The notes beneath the pieces were generated by a model. The model worked only from the letters and a program-made list of their open reading frames with translations, ran no database searches and was not told where the DNA came from. Below are positions 20,733 to 34,460 of a DNA stretch of 64,000 nucleotides, one piece after another; position 1 is the stretch's first letter, and every line of letters begins with the position of its first letter. Source of the stretch: Bdellovibrionales bacterium (GTDB taxonomy: Bacteria; Bdellovibrionota; Bdellovibrionia; Bdellovibrionales; JAGQZY01). A program made the translations under genes and the position numbers. Location: NCBI GenBank assembly GCA_031426555.1, contig JANPLN010000002.1:1-64000 (forward strand). Direction: 5' to 3'.

Positions 20733-23700
20733 TTAGTGAGCTGGCGAAGTTTGTACAGTTCGTGTCGTCAAGCCAGGAGCAGGCGTGGTCGTATTTTCCT
20801 CTTCCACAACTACTTTCCAGCGTTTATAGGCAGATAGACCCGTTCCAGCCGGAATCAGTCGACCCATAATAATGTTCTCTTTTAGACCTCTTAAATTATC
20901 CGTCTTGGAGTTAATCGCTGCTTCTGTGAGAACTTTTGTTGTCTCCTGGAACGAGGCGGCTGAAATCCAGCTGTCTGTGCTCAAGGAAACTTTTGTGATA
21001 CCCAACAAGAGAGGCTCAGAAGTGGCCGATTTGCCACCCTCTTTGAGGACCTTGTCGTTCTCTGTGTCAAAAGCGTAGCGCTCAACTTGCTCTCCAGCCA
21101 AGAATTCAGTATCGCCCGATTGTAGGACCAATACTTTTCTCATCATCTGGCGAACAATCACTTCGATGTGCTTATCGTTGATCACAACCCCTTGCAGACG
21201 ATAGACCTCTTGAACTTCGTTCACGAGGTAGGCTGCAAGAACTTTTTCACCCAATACTTTTAAAATATCGTGCGGATTGGTTGGACCATCCATTAAAGGT
21301 TCGCCAGCTTTTACGTATTCGCCTTCGCGAACAGCAACGTGCTTCCCTTTAGGAATGAGATATTCGCGCTGTTCGCCAATATCTGGAGTTACAATCACAC
21401 GCTGTTTACCTTTAACGTCTTTACCAAATGTGACGTAACCATCGATTTCCGAAATGATGGCAGCCTCTTTTGGTTTACGCGCTTCGAAAAGTTCAGCCAC
21501 ACGCGGTAGACCACCCGTAATATCTTTTGTTTTACTAGTTTCTCTGTGGATTTTAGCAACTACATCACCAGCATGGATCTCTTGACCATCCGTAACGAGA
21601 AGTTGGGCTCCAACAGGAATTACATAGCGAACTTCAGCATCACGACCGGTAAACTTTTGTGTTTTTCCGTTTTCGTCAACGATGGAGACCGTTGGACGTT
21701 TTGTTCCGCCCTTGCTCTCTGTAATTACTTTTGTTGAGAAGCCCGTCACTGTATCAACTTGCTCTGTAACCGTAACACCTTCTTCGATGTCCTCGTATTT
21801 TACAAAACCGTTGGAGTCAGAAAGAATAGGATTTGAATAGGGATCCCACTCGGCAAGAGTCTTCGCTTTTTCGACGCGTTCGCCTTCTTTGTAATTCAAA
21901 ATCGTTCCGTAAGTCAGAGCGAAGGTCTCGCGCTCACGACCGTTGTCATCGATGATGGCAATAACACCACTGCGATTCATTACAGTCATCTTCTTGTCGC
22001 GGTTTTCTACACCTACAACATTTTTGAACTTAATCGTTCCTTCATGTCGAGTGGTGTGAATCGATTTTTCCACTGAACGAGAAGCTGTACCACCCAAATG
22101 GAAGGTTCTCATCGTTAGCTGTGTACCGGGCTCACCAATGGACTGTGCAGCAATAATACCGACTGTTTCTCCAAGGTTTACGAGGTTTCCTCGCGCCAAA
22201 TCGCGGCCGTAACATTTTACGCAAATTCCGCGACGTGTTTTGCATGTGAGCGCTGAACGAATAACAACTCTATCGACGCCTAAGCGATCGATTTTCTCGA
22301 TATCGTCTTCAACAATCTCTTCGCCAGCTTGTACCAAGATTTGATTGGAATTCGGGTCGACGATATCTTCGAGAGGAATACGCCCAAGAACACGATCGCC
22401 TACTGGAAGAATAACTTCTCCGCCTTCAACCACGGTTTCGACAGTGAGACCGTCTTTTGAGCCGCAATCGTGCTCGACAACGATCACATCTTGCGCCACA
22501 TCAACGAGACGACGAGTGAGGTATCCAGAGTTCGCTGTTTTAAGAGCGGTATCTGCCAAACCTTTTCGCGCACCATGAGTCGAAATGAAGTACTGAAGAA
22601 CAGAAAGACCTTCACGGAAGTTTGCCGTGATCGGTGTTTCGATAATTTCACCCGATGGCTTGGCCATAAGACCGCGCATACCAGCAAGCTGTCTTAACTG
22701 AGCCGCAGAACCCCGCGCTCCAGAATCTGCCATGATGAAAATCGAGTTGAAAGATGGGCTGATAACTTTTTCGCCGTTAACGACAAATTCTTGTTTCTCA
22801 AGACCCGCTAACATTTGTTTTGCTAACTTATCTGCAGACTGTGCCCAAATATCCACAACTTTATTGTAGCGTTCACCGTCAGTGATCAGACCTTCATCGT
22901 ATTGACCTTGAATCTCTTTAACTTGGTCTTCCGCGTCTTTGATCATCTGAACTTTGCTATCCGGAATCTTCATATCATCCAAGCAAATTGAAATTCCGGC
23001 TTTTGTCGAAAACTCAAAACCAAGGCTCATGATTTTATCAGCCATAATTGCTGTGGCTTTTGCCCCAGCTAAACGGAAGCATGTATCCATCAGCTTAGCG
23101 AGCTCCTTCTTTGTCATCACTGTATTACAGTTTTCGAAAGGAACTTCTTTAGGAACATAGGCGCTCAAAATAGCTCGTCCTACGCTTGTTTCACGAATCT
23201 TACCGTCTCTTCGCACTTTACATGCAGCCTGAAGATCAATCACACCTGAATCATAAGCCAAGAAAATTTCTTCAATATCAGAGAAAATTCGGCCTGTGCC
23301 CTTAGCTCCTGGACGCAAACGAGTCATCCAGTAAAGACCGAGGACGATATCCTGAGTTGGATTGATAATAGGTTTACCGTTTGCTGGGCTTAAGATGTTG
23401 TTTGTCGACATCATCAGAACCCGAGCTTCCACCTGTGCTTCCACGGACAGTGGTACGTGGACGGCCATCTGATCTCCATCGAAATCGGCGTTAAAGGCTG
23501 TACAAACAAGGGGATGAAGCTGGATGGCTTTTCCTTCGTGAAGTACAGGCTCGAAAGCTTGGATACCAAGTCTGTGCAATGTCGGCGCGCGATTCAGAAG
23601 TACCGGATGTTCTTTAACCACATCGGCAAGAATATCCCATACTTCCACAGTTTCCATTTCTACAGTCTTTTTGGCTTGCTTGATTGTAGAGGTGAAACCT

Positions 23701-24863
23701 TTTTCTTCGAGTTTGTTATAAATAAATGGTTTGAAAAGCTCGAGAGCCATTTTCTTTGGAAGTCCGCACTGATGCAGCTTCAAAGTTGGGCCAACGACAA
23801 TCACCGAACGACCTGAGTAATCCACACGCTTTCCAAGAAGGTTCTGACGGAAGCGACCTTGTTTTCCCTTGAGCATATCGCTCAAAGAACGCAGTGGACG
23901 TTTGTTCGGGCCGGTAAAAGTTTTTCCGCGGCGTCCGTTATCAAGTAGAGCATCGACCGCTTCTTGCAACATACGTTTTTCGTTGCGGATAATAATGTCT
24001 GGAGCGTTCAATTCTTGGAGGCGCTTTAAGCGGTTGTTTCTGTTGATCACCCGGCGATAGAGATCGTTGAGATCCGAAGTCGCAAATCGGCCACCGTCAA
24101 GTGGTACGAGTGGACGTAAATCAGGCGGAATCACAGGGAGAGCTTCTAACATCATCCACTCAGGTTTATTGGTGGAGTCTTTAAAAGCTTCTACAACTTT
24201 AAGCCGCTTTACTAGTTTTTTAATCGCTGCGTCTGACTTCGCTTCTTTTAGATCAAGTCGAAGTTTGCGAGAAAGATATTCTGGATCCACTTTGCGTAAA
24301 ATTTCACGGATGGCTTCGCCGCCCATTCCAGATTTAAAGTTAGGACCAAATTCATCGAGCGCGTTTTGATAAGCCTCTTCAGGAAGAACTTGGCCTTCTG
24401 CGAGCTTGGTTTCCATAGGATCGATGACAATGTAAGCTTCGCAGTAGAGAACCTTTTCAAGTTCCTTGAGCGATAGATCGAGCATATTTGCAATACGGCT
24501 TGGCAGAGAGCGCAAAAACCAAATGTGCGCTACGGGAGATGCCAACTCGATGTGTCCCATGCGCTCACGACGCACTTTACTTTGAGTGACTTCCACTCCG
24601 CACTTTTCACACACAACACCGCGATACTTCATGCGTTTGTATTTACCGCATAAGCATTCGTAATCTTTGATTGGACCAAAGATTTTGGCGCAGAACAAAC
24701 CATCTCTCTCCGGCTTAAATGTACGGTAGTTGATGGTCTCTGGTTTTTTAACCTCACCGTGTGACCACGAACGAATCATCTCGGGCGATGCCAAAGAGAT
24801 TCGAACCGCATCAAACGATAGTGGGTCTTTTGGTTTGTCAAAAAAGTTTAATAAATCTTTCAA
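20733..24863 (-). CDS. rpoC: RNA polymerase subunit beta'
   Basis: [12 protein letters not shown] active site; N-terminal zinc finger. Confidence 0.99.
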   Translation of the reverse strand: MKDLLNFFDKPKDPLSFDAVRISLASPEMIRSWSHGEVKKPETINYRTFKPERDGLFCAKIFGPIKDYECLCGKYKRMKYRGVVCEKCGVEVTQSKVRRERMGHIELASPVAHIWFLRSLPSRIANMLDLSLKELEKVLYCEAYIVIDPMETKLAEGQVLPEEAYQNALDEFGPNFKSGMGGEAIREILRKVDPEYLSRKLRLDLKEAKSDAAIKKLVKRLKVVEAFKDSTNKPEWMMLEALPVIPPDLRPLVPLDGGRFATSDLNDLYRRVINRNNRLKRLQELNAPDIIIRNEKRMLQEAVDALLDNGRRGKTFTGPNKRPLRSLSDMLKGKQGRFRQNLLGKRVDYSGRSVIVVGPTLKLHQCGLPKKMALELFKPFIYNKLEEKGFTSTIKQAKKTVEMETVEVWDILADVVKEHPVLLNRAPTLHRLGIQAFEPVLHEGKAIQLHPLVCTAFNADFDGDQMAVHVPLSVEAQVEARVLMMSTNNILSPANGKPIINPTQDIVLGLYWMTRLRPGAKGTGRIFSDIEEIFLAYDSGVIDLQAACKVRRDGKIRETSVGRAILSAYVPKEVPFENCNTVMTKKELAKLMDTCFRLAGAKATAIMADKIMSLGFEFSTKAGISICLDDMKIPDSKVQMIKDAEDQVKEIQGQYDEGLITDGERYNKVVDIWAQSADKLAKQMLAGLEKQEFVVNGEKVISPSFNSIFIMADSGARGSAAQLRQLAGMRGLMAKPSGEIIETPITANFREGLSVLQYFISTHGARKGLADTALKTANSGYLTRRLVDVAQDVIVVEHDCGSKDGLTVETVVEGGEVILPVGDRVLGRIPLEDIVDPNSNQILVQAGEEIVEDDIEKIDRLGVDRVVIRSALTCKTRRGICVKCYGRDLARGNLVNLGETVGIIAAQSIGEPGTQLTMRTFHLGGTASRSVEKSIHTTRHEGTIKFKNVVGVENRDKKMTVMNRSGVIAIIDDNGRERETFALTYGTILNYKEGERVEKAKTLAEWDPYSNPILSDSNGFVKYEDIEEGVTVTEQVDTVTGFSTKVITESKGGTKRPTVSIVDENGKTQKFTGRDAEVRYVIPVGAQLLVTDGQEIHAGDVVAKIHRETSKTKDITGGLPRVAELFEARKPKEAAIISEIDGYVTFGKDVKGKQRVIVTPDIGEQREYLIPKGKHVAVREGEYVKAGEPLMDGPTNPHDILKVLGEKVLAAYLVNEVQEVYRLQGVVINDKHIEVIVRQMMRKVLVLQSGDTEFLAGEQVERYAFDTENDKVLKEGGKSATSEPLLLGITKVSLSTDSWISAASFQETTKVLTEAAINSKTDNLRGLKENIIMGRLIPAGTGLSAYKRWKVVVEEENTTTPAPGLTTRTVQTSPAH

Positions 24864-24872
24864 GGTAACTCC

Positions 24873-27800
24873 TTATTGCTCTAAAAACTCGTCATCCACA
24901 GTCACAGCTTCGTTGTCCGAATCGGATAATAATCCAGATTCAACCAACTCCACGTTTAAGCCTAAGCTCTGAAGTTCTTTAACGAGAACGTTAAAGGACT
25001 CTGGTAGTCCTGGCTCTAGGACGTTTTCACCTTTGACAATGCTTTCATACATACGTGTTCTTCCAGCAACGTCATCCGACTTCACCGTGAGGAACTCTTG
25101 TAGAGAGTAAGCGGCACCGTAGGCTTCGATCGCCCACACTTCCATCTCTCCCAATCTCTGACCACCGAACTGCGCCTTACCACCCAACGGCTGCTGGGAA
25201 ACAAGTGAGTAAGGTCCGATGGACCGAGCGTGAATCTTTTCTTCAACCAAATGGTGAAGCTTCAGCATGTACATAACCCCAACCGTAACAGGATTTTCGA
25301 ATTTCTCTCCTGTGCGACCGTCAAATAGAATCATTTGACCGCTTGTTGGAACCATTGCTTTTTCGAGAAGACGTTTTACATCCTTCTCTTGCGCTCCATC
25401 GAAGACTGGAGTGGCTAAGTGAATTCCATCAGCCATGGTCTTGATCATGCGTTTTACAGACTCATCGTCTGCCTTGTCGATTTTTTTACTGATATCTTCG
25501 TCGTTCTCGAAAGCACTTTTCATCGCCGTTTTCGCAGCGTCTGCTTTGTAGTTTTCGATGTGATCTTGCAGTTGGAGCCCAAGATTTCTTGCCGCCCAAC
25601 CTAAGTGAACTTCAAGAATCTGCCCAATGTTCATCCGCGAAGGAACCCCAAGTGGATTCAATACCATGTCAACGGGGCGACCATCTGCCAAGTAAGGCAT
25701 GCTCTCAACCGGTAGGATCTTAGAAACAACACCCTTGTTACCGTGACGTCCGGCAAACTTATCACCCACTTGCAAACGTCGTTTGATGGCAACGTAAACT
25801 TTAACCATCTTAATAACGCCTGGAGGAAGCTCGTCACCTTTTTTGAGGCGATCTGTTTTTTCGTCAAAAACAAACTTTACGGCTTCTAACTGGTTGCGAG
25901 CGCGATCAATCACCTTCGAGATTTGGAACTCAAGTTCCGACTCAAGAGGGATGTAGGAAAGTAAATCGAATGGAATGGTTTCTAGATCGTCAGCAGCAAT
26001 GAGCTGGCCTTTTTCGAGAAGCTTCTGAGTTCCATCTTCGTTCAAAAGAGCGCCGGTGGTTTTTTTGCCAACGAGAACTTTTTTGAGCTCTTCGAGAGTG
26101 TTGTTTTTAATTACGTTCTGCTCGATTTTGAAATCTTTTTCGATTTTTTTGCGTTTTTCTTGGAGGATCGACTGTAAACGCTCATCTTTGTCTGAGCCTT
26201 CACGGCTGTACACTTGAGCATCGATCACTGTTCCGAAAACACCACTTGGTACTCGTAGAGACGTATCTTTTACGTCGCCAGCTTTTTCACCGAAGATCGC
26301 TCTTAAGAGTTTTTCTTCTGGAGAAAGCTGGGTTTCGCCTTTCGGCGTTACTTTACCAACGAGAATGTGGCCAGGACGCACTTCGGCACCGATACGGATA
26401 ATACCGCTGGTGTCGAGGTCTTTAAGTGCTTCTTCGCCGACGTTGGCGATATCGCGAGTGATTTCTTCTTTTCCGAGTTTTGTATCGCGCGCTACGCACT
26501 CAAACTCTTCGATATGAATCGAAGTGTAAGTATCTTCGCGAAGAAGTCGTTCAGAGATAAGAATAGAATCTTCGAAGTTGTAACCCATCCACGGAGTGAA
26601 CGCGACCAGGATGTTTTGTCCTAGCGCTAGCTCACCAAACTCTGTCGACGGACCATCGGCAATAATATCGCCCTTTTTGATCGCATCGCCAGACTTCACG
26701 ATTGGTTTTTGGTTGAAACAGGTGTTTTGATTCGTACGCTGATATTTTGTCAGGTTGTAGATGTCGACGTTAGCGCCGAGCTCCACACCTTTTCCAAAGC
26801 GACGTACCACCACACGGGAAGCATCCACTTCTTCAACAACTCCATCATTCGTTGCAACAACGCTCGTTCCAGAGTCTTGAGCAACTAGTTTTTCTACGCC
26901 AGTTCCAACAAGCGGAGCTTTAGAGCGTAAAAGCGGTACAGCCTGTCTTTGCATGTTCGAGCCCATGAGTGCGCGGTTCGCATCATCATGCTCGAGGAAT
27001 GGAATCAAAGAAGCGGCAATTGAAACCAACTGGCTTGGCGAGACATCCATAAGAGAGATCTTATCCGGAGCCACGTTGATGTATTCACCGTCGATACGAA
27101 CTGTGTTGCTCTCTTTTTCGATAATTTTTACGCTCTCACGAGTCGCAGGAGCAATGTGGTGTCCACCCTCTTCAAGAGCCGAGAGATAAACCACATCTTT
27201 TCCAACGTGTTTATTATCAACTTTCAAATACGGAGTTTCGATAAATCCATAATTGTTAATACGTGCATAGGTCGCAAGAGACGCAATCAAACCGATGTTT
27301 GGTCCTTCTGGCGTTTCAATAGGACAGATACGGCCATAATGCGTCGGGTGAACGTCGCGAACTTCAAAGCCAGCGCGGTCGCGAGTCAAACCACCAGGCC
27401 CTAGAGCGGACAAGCGACGTTTGTGGGTAATTTCAGAAAGTGGGTTCGTTTGATCCATGAACTGCGAAAGTTGCGAAGATCCGAAGAACTCTTTAACAAC
27501 AGCATTCACAGGTTTCGCATTGATCAAATCGTGCGGCATCATGGTTTCAACATCTTGTAAGCTCATGCGCTCACGGATGGCTCTTTCCATACGTACCAAA
27601 CCAATGCGGTACTGGTTTTCGAGCAATTCGCCCACAGAACGAACACGGCGGTTTCCAAGGTGATCGATATCGTCCACAACGCCTTTACCATTTTTGAGAT
27701 CCATGAGAGTGCGAACCACTTCCATAATATCTTTGTTGGTCAAAGTGCGGTGACTCACAGGGCACTCTTCAAACGGAATGCTAAATCGATGGTTGATCTT

Positions 27801-29042
27801 TAAACGACCCACCTCAGAGAGATCATAGGTTTCAGAATCAAAAAATAATCTTTGGAAAAAGCCTTCCGAAGCCTCAACTGTTGGTGGCTCACCAGGGCGA
27901 AGGCGCTTGTAAATTTCGAGCTTGGCTTCTTCCTGATTGGTTACTTTATCGATAAGGAGAGTGTTGCGAAGGAACGGCCCAACAGCCAAACCATCAAAAA
28001 AGATCAATTTAATCTGTCTGATACCAGCATCGATCATCTTAGTGACCATGTCGGTTGTGAGCTCTGCATTGACGTCGGCAATGATTTCGCCGGTTTTTTC
28101 ATCGACAACGGGTTTTGCAACCACTTTGCCAACGAGATCTTCTTTTTGCAGTTGGACTTCTTTGATTCCCAACTCTTTTACACGCTTAACAATGGCGCGC
28201 GTAATACGACGGCCCGCTTTGACAAGAACTTCGCCAGACTTTGGATCGATGATGTCTGAAAGAGCTCTCTGACCCGACATCTTTTCAACATCGAAATCAC
28301 GGAAAATGTCGCCTTTTTTGGTAAACTGAACATCGTCGAGGTCGTAAAAATACTCGAGAAGTTGTTCGTCGGTGTAACCCAACGCTTTGAGAAGAATCGT
28401 CGCAGGGAATTTGCGTCGACGATCGATGCGCACATAAATAAGATCTTTTTGATCGTATTCAAAATCAAGCCATGAACCGCGGTAAGGAATTACTCGTGCT
28501 GAGTATAAAAGCTTACCTGAGGTGCTATTTTTACCATTGTCGTGGTCAAAGAAAATACCAGGAGAACGATGCAACTGACTGACTACAACGCGCTCGGTAC
28601 CGTTAATAATAAACGATCCGCTGCGGGTCATGAGTGGTATTTCACCAAGATAGACTTCTTGCTCTTTGACGTCGCGAATACTGCGTGCGCCTGAGCTTTC
28701 ATCAACATCGAACACTATCAGTCGAAGTGTGACTTTGATTGGTGCTGCGAAGGTCATTCCACGCTGACGACATTCATCAACGTCATATTTTGCCGGTTCT
28801 AAAACGTAACCAACAAATTCTAAACTCGCAGTGTTGTTGAAGTCGCTAATTGGGAATACAGACTTAAAAACACCGTTCAGGCCATCGCCTTCACGCTTGT
28901 CAGCGTCTGTATCTTTCAAAAGAAAGCTCTCATAAGACTTCTTTTGAAGTTCAATTAAATTTGGAATTTCAATAGCAACTTTGTTTTTTGCAAAAGACTT
29001 ACGAACACGAATATTCGAAGCAGTGATTGGAGTGGTGGCCAT
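24873..29042 (-). CDS. rpoB: RNA polymerase subunit beta
   Basis: [24 protein letters not shown] and [12 protein letters not shown]. Confidence 0.99.
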   Translation of the reverse strand: MATTPITASNIRVRKSFAKNKVAIEIPNLIELQKKSYESFLLKDTDADKREGDGLNGVFKSVFPISDFNNTASLEFVGYVLEPAKYDVDECRQRGMTFAAPIKVTLRLIVFDVDESSGARSIRDVKEQEVYLGEIPLMTRSGSFIINGTERVVVSQLHRSPGIFFDHDNGKNSTSGKLLYSARVIPYRGSWLDFEYDQKDLIYVRIDRRRKFPATILLKALGYTDEQLLEYFYDLDDVQFTKKGDIFRDFDVEKMSGQRALSDIIDPKSGEVLVKAGRRITRAIVKRVKELGIKEVQLQKEDLVGKVVAKPVVDEKTGEIIADVNAELTTDMVTKMIDAGIRQIKLIFFDGLAVGPFLRNTLLIDKVTNQEEAKLEIYKRLRPGEPPTVEASEGFFQRLFFDSETYDLSEVGRLKINHRFSIPFEECPVSHRTLTNKDIMEVVRTLMDLKNGKGVVDDIDHLGNRRVRSVGELLENQYRIGLVRMERAIRERMSLQDVETMMPHDLINAKPVNAVVKEFFGSSQLSQFMDQTNPLSEITHKRRLSALGPGGLTRDRAGFEVRDVHPTHYGRICPIETPEGPNIGLIASLATYARINNYGFIETPYLKVDNKHVGKDVVYLSALEEGGHHIAPATRESVKIIEKESNTVRIDGEYINVAPDKISLMDVSPSQLVSIAASLIPFLEHDDANRALMGSNMQRQAVPLLRSKAPLVGTGVEKLVAQDSGTSVVATNDGVVEEVDASRVVVRRFGKGVELGANVDIYNLTKYQRTNQNTCFNQKPIVKSGDAIKKGDIIADGPSTEFGELALGQNILVAFTPWMGYNFEDSILISERLLREDTYTSIHIEEFECVARDTKLGKEEITRDIANVGEEALKDLDTSGIIRIGAEVRPGHILVGKVTPKGETQLSPEEKLLRAIFGEKAGDVKDTSLRVPSGVFGTVIDAQVYSREGSDKDERLQSILQEKRKKIEKDFKIEQNVIKNNTLEELKKVLVGKKTTGALLNEDGTQKLLEKGQLIAADDLETIPFDLLSYIPLESELEFQISKVIDRARNQLEAVKFVFDEKTDRLKKGDELPPGVIKMVKVYVAIKRRLQVGDKFAGRHGNKGVVSKILPVESMPYLADGRPVDMVLNPLGVPSRMNIGQILEVHLGWAARNLGLQLQDHIENYKADAAKTAMKSAFENDEDISKKIDKADDESVKRMIKTMADGIHLATPVFDGAQEKDVKRLLEKAMVPTSGQMILFDGRTGEKFENPVTVGVMYMLKLHHLVEEKIHARSIGPYSLVSQQPLGGKAQFGGQRLGEMEVWAIEAYGAAYSLQEFLTVKSDDVAGRTRMYESIVKGENVLEPGLPESFNVLVKELQSLGLNVELVESGLLSDSDNEAVTVDDEFLEQ

Positions 29043-29119
29043 TCCGTCCCCTTCATCAGAGAGTCAAAAAGCGTGATCAGCGCCGACTCTAAATTAATTA
29101 AGATTTAACAAACAGACAA

Positions 29120-29144
29120 TTCTAGGGACAAACCGCCCCTAGAA
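29120..29144 (-). terminator. Hairpin, possible attenuator between rplL and rpoB
   Basis: TTCTAGGG...CCCTAGAA stem followed by a U-rich stretch on the minus strand. Confidence 0.45.
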
Positions 29145-29174
29145 CAATTAAAACTTACGATATGACGAGAGATG

Positions 29175-29552
29175 TTACTTAATCTCTACTTTGCCGCCTG
29201 CTTTTTCAAGTAGGTCTTTCATTTTTGCAGCTTCGTCCTTAGTTACGCCAGACTTAACGGTCTTAGGAGCGCCTTCAACTAGATCTTTTGCTTCTTTCAA
29301 GCCAAGACCAGTTAGAGTGCGAACCTCTTTAATTACGTTAATTTTCTGAGCGCCAGCATCCTTTAGGATAACTTCGAACTCAGTTTTTTCTTCTGTAGGA
29401 GCAGCAGCACCGCCACCACCAGCTGCAGCAACAGCAACAGGAGCTGCGGCAGAAACGCCCCACTTGTCTTCTAGCTCTTTTACAAGACCAGAGATCTCAA
29501 GTACGCTCATGTTTGACAAAAAATCGATTACTTCTTCTTTACTTAAAGCCAT
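29175..29552 (-). CDS. rplL: 50S ribosomal protein L7/L12
   Basis: ATG at 29552 with GGAGG RBS; EEKTEF.V.L...[12 protein letters not shown]. Confidence 0.99.
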   Translation of the reverse strand: MALSKEEVIDFLSNMSVLEISGLVKELEDKWGVSAAAPVAVAAAGGGGAAAPTEEKTEFEVILKDAGAQKINVIKEVRTLTGLGLKEAKDLVEGAPKTVKSGVTKDEAAKMKDLLEKAGGKVEIK

Positions 29553-29594
29553 TTTAGCCTCCACTAATTTTTTTAAAAATTTAAAATATGTTAA

Positions 29595-30125
29595 TTAAGT
29601 CTCTTTAGTATCTTTGTATGCGTTCATTACATTGAGGAAACCACGTGGTCCTGCACTCATCACTCTCACCATATTTGTAGCTGGCATATTGAGTAAACCG
29701 AGTAACTGGGCGCGTAGAGCTTCTTTTGATGGAAGAGTGGCAAGCTGCATGATTTTTTTTGCATCTAGCTTTTCTTCACCCATCACCCCTGATTTTAGCT
29801 TAAGGTGCTCGACCTCTTTGCTAAACTCAGAGAGAGCTTTTGCTGAAGCAATAATGTCATCATACGAAAAAACAAAAGCATTCATACCCAAAAGATCGTC
29901 GGCAATCGCCTTCTCACTTGCAGGATGATCCTTTAAAGCGCGAATGGCTAGCGTGTTACGCACGACCTTCATTTCACTTTTAAGGTTGCTTAGTCTTTTA
30001 CGTAAGGATGTGACTTGCTCAACATTCATCCCTTTGTAATCAACGACGAACGTTGCTTTAGAACGGCCCAATTTTTCTGATAAAGAAGCAATTTCTCCAT
30101 CTTTCTGGGCGCGAGTTGTCAACAT
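29595..30125 (-). CDS. rplJ: 50S ribosomal protein L10
   Basis: ATG at 30125 with AGGAGG RBS; DYKG..V...KVVRNTL...LATLPS. Confidence 0.98.
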   Translation of the reverse strand: MLTTRAQKDGEIASLSEKLGRSKATFVVDYKGMNVEQVTSLRKRLSNLKSEMKVVRNTLAIRALKDHPASEKAIADDLLGMNAFVFSYDDIIASAKALSEFSKEVEHLKLKSGVMGEEKLDAKKIMQLATLPSKEALRAQLLGLLNMPATNMVRVMSAGPRGFLNVMNAYKDTKET

Positions 30126-30142
30126 TCGACCTCCTTTCAATT

Positions 30143-30232
30143 AGCGATCTTTGGAGGTGAACTTTTCACCGTCTCGATAGGCCTTTCGTTTAAACCTTTT
30201 TCAAGGCACCTATTTTCATCGACCGCGCTTAA
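30143..30232 (-). ncRNA. L10 leader (rplJ autoregulatory element)
   Basis: Minus strand GCGGTC-GATGAAA-ATAGG...TTTAA...CCTAT-CGAG...GATCGC resembles the kink-turn L10 leader layout, directly upstream of rplJ. Confidence 0.65.
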
Positions 30233-30263
30233 CTTTACAAAAACTAAAATAAACCCTAAAAAA

Positions 30264-30971
30264 TTACTGCTGAGCAGCTGTAACAGTGTTTTGTGCCTGA
30301 GCTACATCCAGGGAAATCCCTGGACCCATGGTTGACGACACTGCTAGTTTGCGCAGATAAATACCTTTGCTCGTTGCTGGCTTCGCCTTCATAACCGCTG
30401 TCAGGAGAGAGAGAAAGTTTTCTTTGAGCTTCTGAGGGCCCATTGATTTTTTTCCTACACCAGCGTGTACGATTCCAGCTTTGTCGATACGAAAGCTAAG
30501 CTTTCCTTTTTTCTCAGAGGAAACAGCTTCGCCAACATTCATTGTTACTGTTCCAACCTTTGGGTTTGGCATCAAACCACGAGGTCCAAGAACTTTTGCC
30601 ACTTTTGAAACCGTGGCCATCATGTCCGGAGTCGCAATCGCTTTGTCGAACTCCATCCATCCACCATTGATTTTTTCAACGAGATCATCAGAACCAACAA
30701 AGTCAGCGCCAGCGTCTTTGGCTTCTTTTTCTTTGGGACCTTTAGCGAAAACAATAACACGAACTGTTTTTCCAAGACCATTCGGAAGCGAAACGGCTCC
30801 GCGAACCTGCTGATCACCTTGCTTGGCATCAACACCGAGCTGGAAAGCAGCTTCAATGGTTTCGTCGAATTTAGCTGTAGCGGTTTTAATAACCAACTCA
30901 AACGCTTCGTCGATTGTATATTTTTTGCTTACTTGAATATCTTTTTTAGCCAATTTCATTCTTTTATTCAT
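30264..30971 (-). CDS. rplA: 50S ribosomal protein L1
   Basis: ATG at 30971; KFDET.E and [15 protein letters not shown]. Confidence 0.99.
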   Translation of the reverse strand: MNKRMKLAKKDIQVSKKYTIDEAFELVIKTATAKFDETIEAAFQLGVDAKQGDQQVRGAVSLPNGLGKTVRVIVFAKGPKEKEAKDAGADFVGSDDLVEKINGGWMEFDKAIATPDMMATVSKVAKVLGPRGLMPNPKVGTVTMNVGEAVSSEKKGKLSFRIDKAGIVHAGVGKKSMGPQKLKENFLSLLTAVMKAKPATSKGIYLRKLAVSSTMGPGISLDVAQAQNTVTAAQQ

Positions 30972-30979
30972 TTTCAACC

Positions 30980-31405
30980 TCAGCCAATAACTTCTACGCC
31001 CATGCTTTTGCATGTTCCAACAACCTGATTAATAGCGCTCTCAACTGTTAAACAGTTGAGATCAGGAAGTTTGGATTCGGCGATTTTTTTGACTTCTGCC
31101 ATTGTGATTTTCGCGACTTTATCTTTTTGTGGCATCTTAGAACCGCTCTGCAACTTCGTCGCTTTTTTGATAAGAATCGAAGTTGGAGGAGTTTTTGTGA
31201 TGAAAGTAAAAGAACGATCTTGATAGATTGTGATCACAACCGGGATCACAGTATCGCCTTCTTTTTGAGTTCTAGCATTGAACTGCTTACAGAACTCCAT
31301 GATGTTTACACCGTGTTGACCCAGTGCTGGACCAACTGGGGGTGCAGGGTTTGCTTTACCAGCAGGAATTTGTAGTTTGACCATTCCGGTAACTTTTTTT
31401 GCCAT
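30980..31405 (-). CDS. rplK: 50S ribosomal protein L11
   Basis: [26 protein letters not shown]. Confidence 0.99.
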   Translation of the reverse strand: MAKKVTGMVKLQIPAGKANPAPPVGPALGQHGVNIMEFCKQFNARTQKEGDTVIPVVITIYQDRSFTFITKTPPTSILIKKATKLQSGSKMPQKDKVAKITMAEVKKIAESKLPDLNCLTVESAINQVVGTCKSMGVEVIG

Positions 31406-31528
31406 GGCCTTAGATCTCCGTAAACCAAGTTCTGCGACTTGGTATAAAGTTATAAAATGCAGAATCCGCAGTATATAATTTAAATATTGAACTCGAGCAA
31501 GCAGTTTGCTCGGTTTTTTCGATATTTA

Positions 31529-32059
31529 TTAGTTTTTATCTACCTGTATAAAATCGAGCTCTACAGGTGTAGGTCGACCAAAAATGCTCACTGAAACTTT
31601 TACCTTGGCTTTTTCCTCGTTAATCTCCTCAACCGTGCCGTTGAAGTTACTAAAAGGACCGTCGACAACTGTCACTGAGTCGCCAATGGAAAAAGATGCT
31701 TTAACCTTAGGCTTTTCAGCCCCTTGAGCCATTTGTTGATTCACTCGCTGAACCTCGACGTCGGGCACTGGCTTGGGGGACGAACCACCGATAAACCCTG
31801 TGACCTTCGCGGAGTCTTTGACCAAATGCCATGTTTTTTCATTCATAACCATCTGCACAAAGAGGTAACCGGGAAAGAACTTTTTAGCCCGTGTCGCCTT
31901 TTTGCCTTTAACAAGCTCCACAACGTTTTCTGCAGGAATGAGAATATCGCCGAACAAATCTTGCATTTGTTTCGACGTAATTCGTTCCTGTATGGCCGTT
32001 TTTGCAATAGCCTCGCAGCTCGTTTGACAATTAACTATGTACCATTTTTTTTCGCTCAC
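31529..32059 (-). CDS. nusG: Transcription termination/antitermination factor NusG
   Basis: WY.V...FFPGY...KOW GPFSNF.G...SIFGRPTPVELDF. Confidence 0.99.
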   Translation of the reverse strand: MSEKKWYIVNCQTSCEAIAKTAIQERITSKQMQDLFGDILIPAENVVELVKGKKATRAKKFFPGYLFVQMVMNEKTWHLVKDSAKVTGFIGGSSPKPVPDVEVQRVNQQMAQGAEKPKVKASFSIGDSVTVVDGPFSNFNGTVEEINEEKAKVKVSVSIFGRPTPVELDFIQVDKN

Positions 32060-32069
32060 AAATCACCCA

Positions 32070-32453
32070 TTAAAATTCTAAGTCTAAAATAAATTCAATA
32101 AGTTGGCTGGATACAATGTCGAACATCCAGAAAATAAGTGCAGCCAACAAAACAATTAAACAAACCACGATCGTCAACGACTTGGTGTCTTTCACAGACG
32201 GCCAGACAATTTTACTGATTTCGAGAGCCACTTCACCCGCCCATGTGCGGATTTTGATGTTTGAAATCATATAAAAAAAGAAAATCGCACCAAAGGCAAC
32301 TGGTACCCCGTGGGATACCAAATCATTGTTGGATATTCTTGCAAACGTTCCCCAGGCGCTGAGCACCTTTATAAGAACACTCACAACGTAACCAGCTAAA
32401 ATAGCGGCGACGATGAAGCTGACCGTGATAATTTTGTTGTACGACTTTTCCAT
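32070..32453 (-). CDS. secE: Preprotein translocase SecE, 3-TM form
   Basis: E..KIVWPS motif, three hydrophobic segments, between tRNA-Trp and nusG; AAAGGT RBS before ATG 32453. Confidence 0.93.
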   Translation of the reverse strand: MEKSYNKIITVSFIVAAILAGYVVSVLIKVLSAWGTFARISNNDLVSHGVPVAFGAIFFFYMISNIKIRTWAGEVALEISKIVWPSVKDTKSLTIVVCLIVLLAALIFWMFDIVSSQLIEFILDLEF

Positions 32454-32469
32454 GTTCACCTTTGTAAAA

Positions 32470-32545
32470 TGGCAGGGTAGGAGGGACTCGAACCCCCAAC
32501 CGATCGATTTGGAGTCGATTACTCTACCAATTGAGCCACTACCCT
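32470..32545 (-). tRNA. tRNA-Trp (CCA)
   Basis: Cloverleaf AGGGTAG...ATCGA-CTCCAAA-TCGAT...TTCGAGT...CTACCCT-GCCA. Confidence 0.98.
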
Positions 32546-32557
32546 ACAATCGACGAA

Positions 32558-32586
32558 AAATTAAAAGGCAGGAATCACCCTGCCTT
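32558..32586 (-). terminator. Intrinsic terminator after tuf
   Basis: AAGGCAGG-gtgatt-CCTGCCTT followed by TTAATTTTT on the minus strand. Confidence 0.7.
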
Positions 32587-32598
32587 ACTTCTTAACTA

Positions 32599-33789
<1,191 letters not shown>

Positions 33790-33890
33790 GTTTTCGCCTC
33801 CTCAATGGATCGTTTAATTAATTGTTTCAAAACTTTCATTCACACAAAATGAATCTTCGCTCGCACGAATCACCAACCGCTGGCCCTTAC

Positions 33891-33965
33891 TGGTGCCGAT
33901 GGTGAGAATCGAACTCACGATCTCGCCCTTACCAAGGGCGTGCTCTACCCCTGAGCCACATCGGC
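33891..33965 (-). tRNA. tRNA-Thr (GGT)
   Basis: GCCGATG acceptor stem, CGCCC-TTGGTAA-GGGCG arm, encoded CCA. Confidence 0.98.
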
Positions 33966-33969
33966 CGAT

Positions 33970-34046
33970 TGGAGCGGGAGACGGGTCTCGAACCCGCAAC
34001 CCTCAGCTTGGAAGGCTGATACTCTAGCCAATTGAGCTACTCCCGC
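33970..34046 (-). tRNA. tRNA-Gly (TCC)
   Basis: GCGGGAG acceptor stem, TCAGC-CTTCCAA-GCTGA arm, encoded CCA. Confidence 0.98.
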
Positions 34047-34178
34047 AAATTCACTTAAGCATCCGATTTTTATTTCTTAATGCGATATTTAGCAAACTGA
34101 AAGACGCAAAGAAAGAAAATGCCGCTAGATGTCTAGAGGCAAATGCTTAGAATTCTCTGGCGGAGAACACTAAAAAAA

Positions 34179-34264
34179 TGGTGGAGAGAGAAGGATTCGA
34201 ACCTTCGAAGGCATAAGCCAACAGATTTACAGTCTGTCCCCTTTGGCCACTTGGGTATCCCTCC
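34179..34264 (-). tRNA. tRNA-Tyr (GTA)
   Basis: GGAGGGA acceptor stem, ACAGA-CTGTAAA-TCTGT arm, long variable arm, encoded CCA. Confidence 0.98.
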
Positions 34265-34284
34265 AAGATCTAAAACAAGAAAAA

Positions 34285-34360
34285 TGGTGCTGACTAAGGG
34301 ACTCGAACTCTCAACCTACTGATTACAAATCAGTTGCTCTACCAATTGAGCTAAGTCAGC
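34285..34360 (-). tRNA. tRNA-Thr (TGT)
   Basis: GCTGACT acceptor stem, ACTGA-TTTGTAA-TCAGT arm, encoded CCA. Confidence 0.98.
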
Positions 34361-34460
34361 ACAACCTCGCTTTTTAAAGCTCTAGGTGAAGGTTTTTAAT
34401 GGATTTAAGGGTTTTAAGTCAAACGAATTAAAGGTCTCAGACAAAATACTAAGAACTCGC

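Noticed and set aside
33814..33999. 61-aa ORF upstream of tuf
   Set aside because: It overlaps the tRNA-Thr and tRNA-Gly genes.
34296..34312. A-C mismatch in the T-stem of tRNA-Thr(TGT) as a sign of a pseudo-tRNA
   Set aside because: The rest of the cloverleaf and CCA are intact, and to my knowledge a 52-62 A-C pair is a known trait of bacterial tRNA-Thr(UGU).
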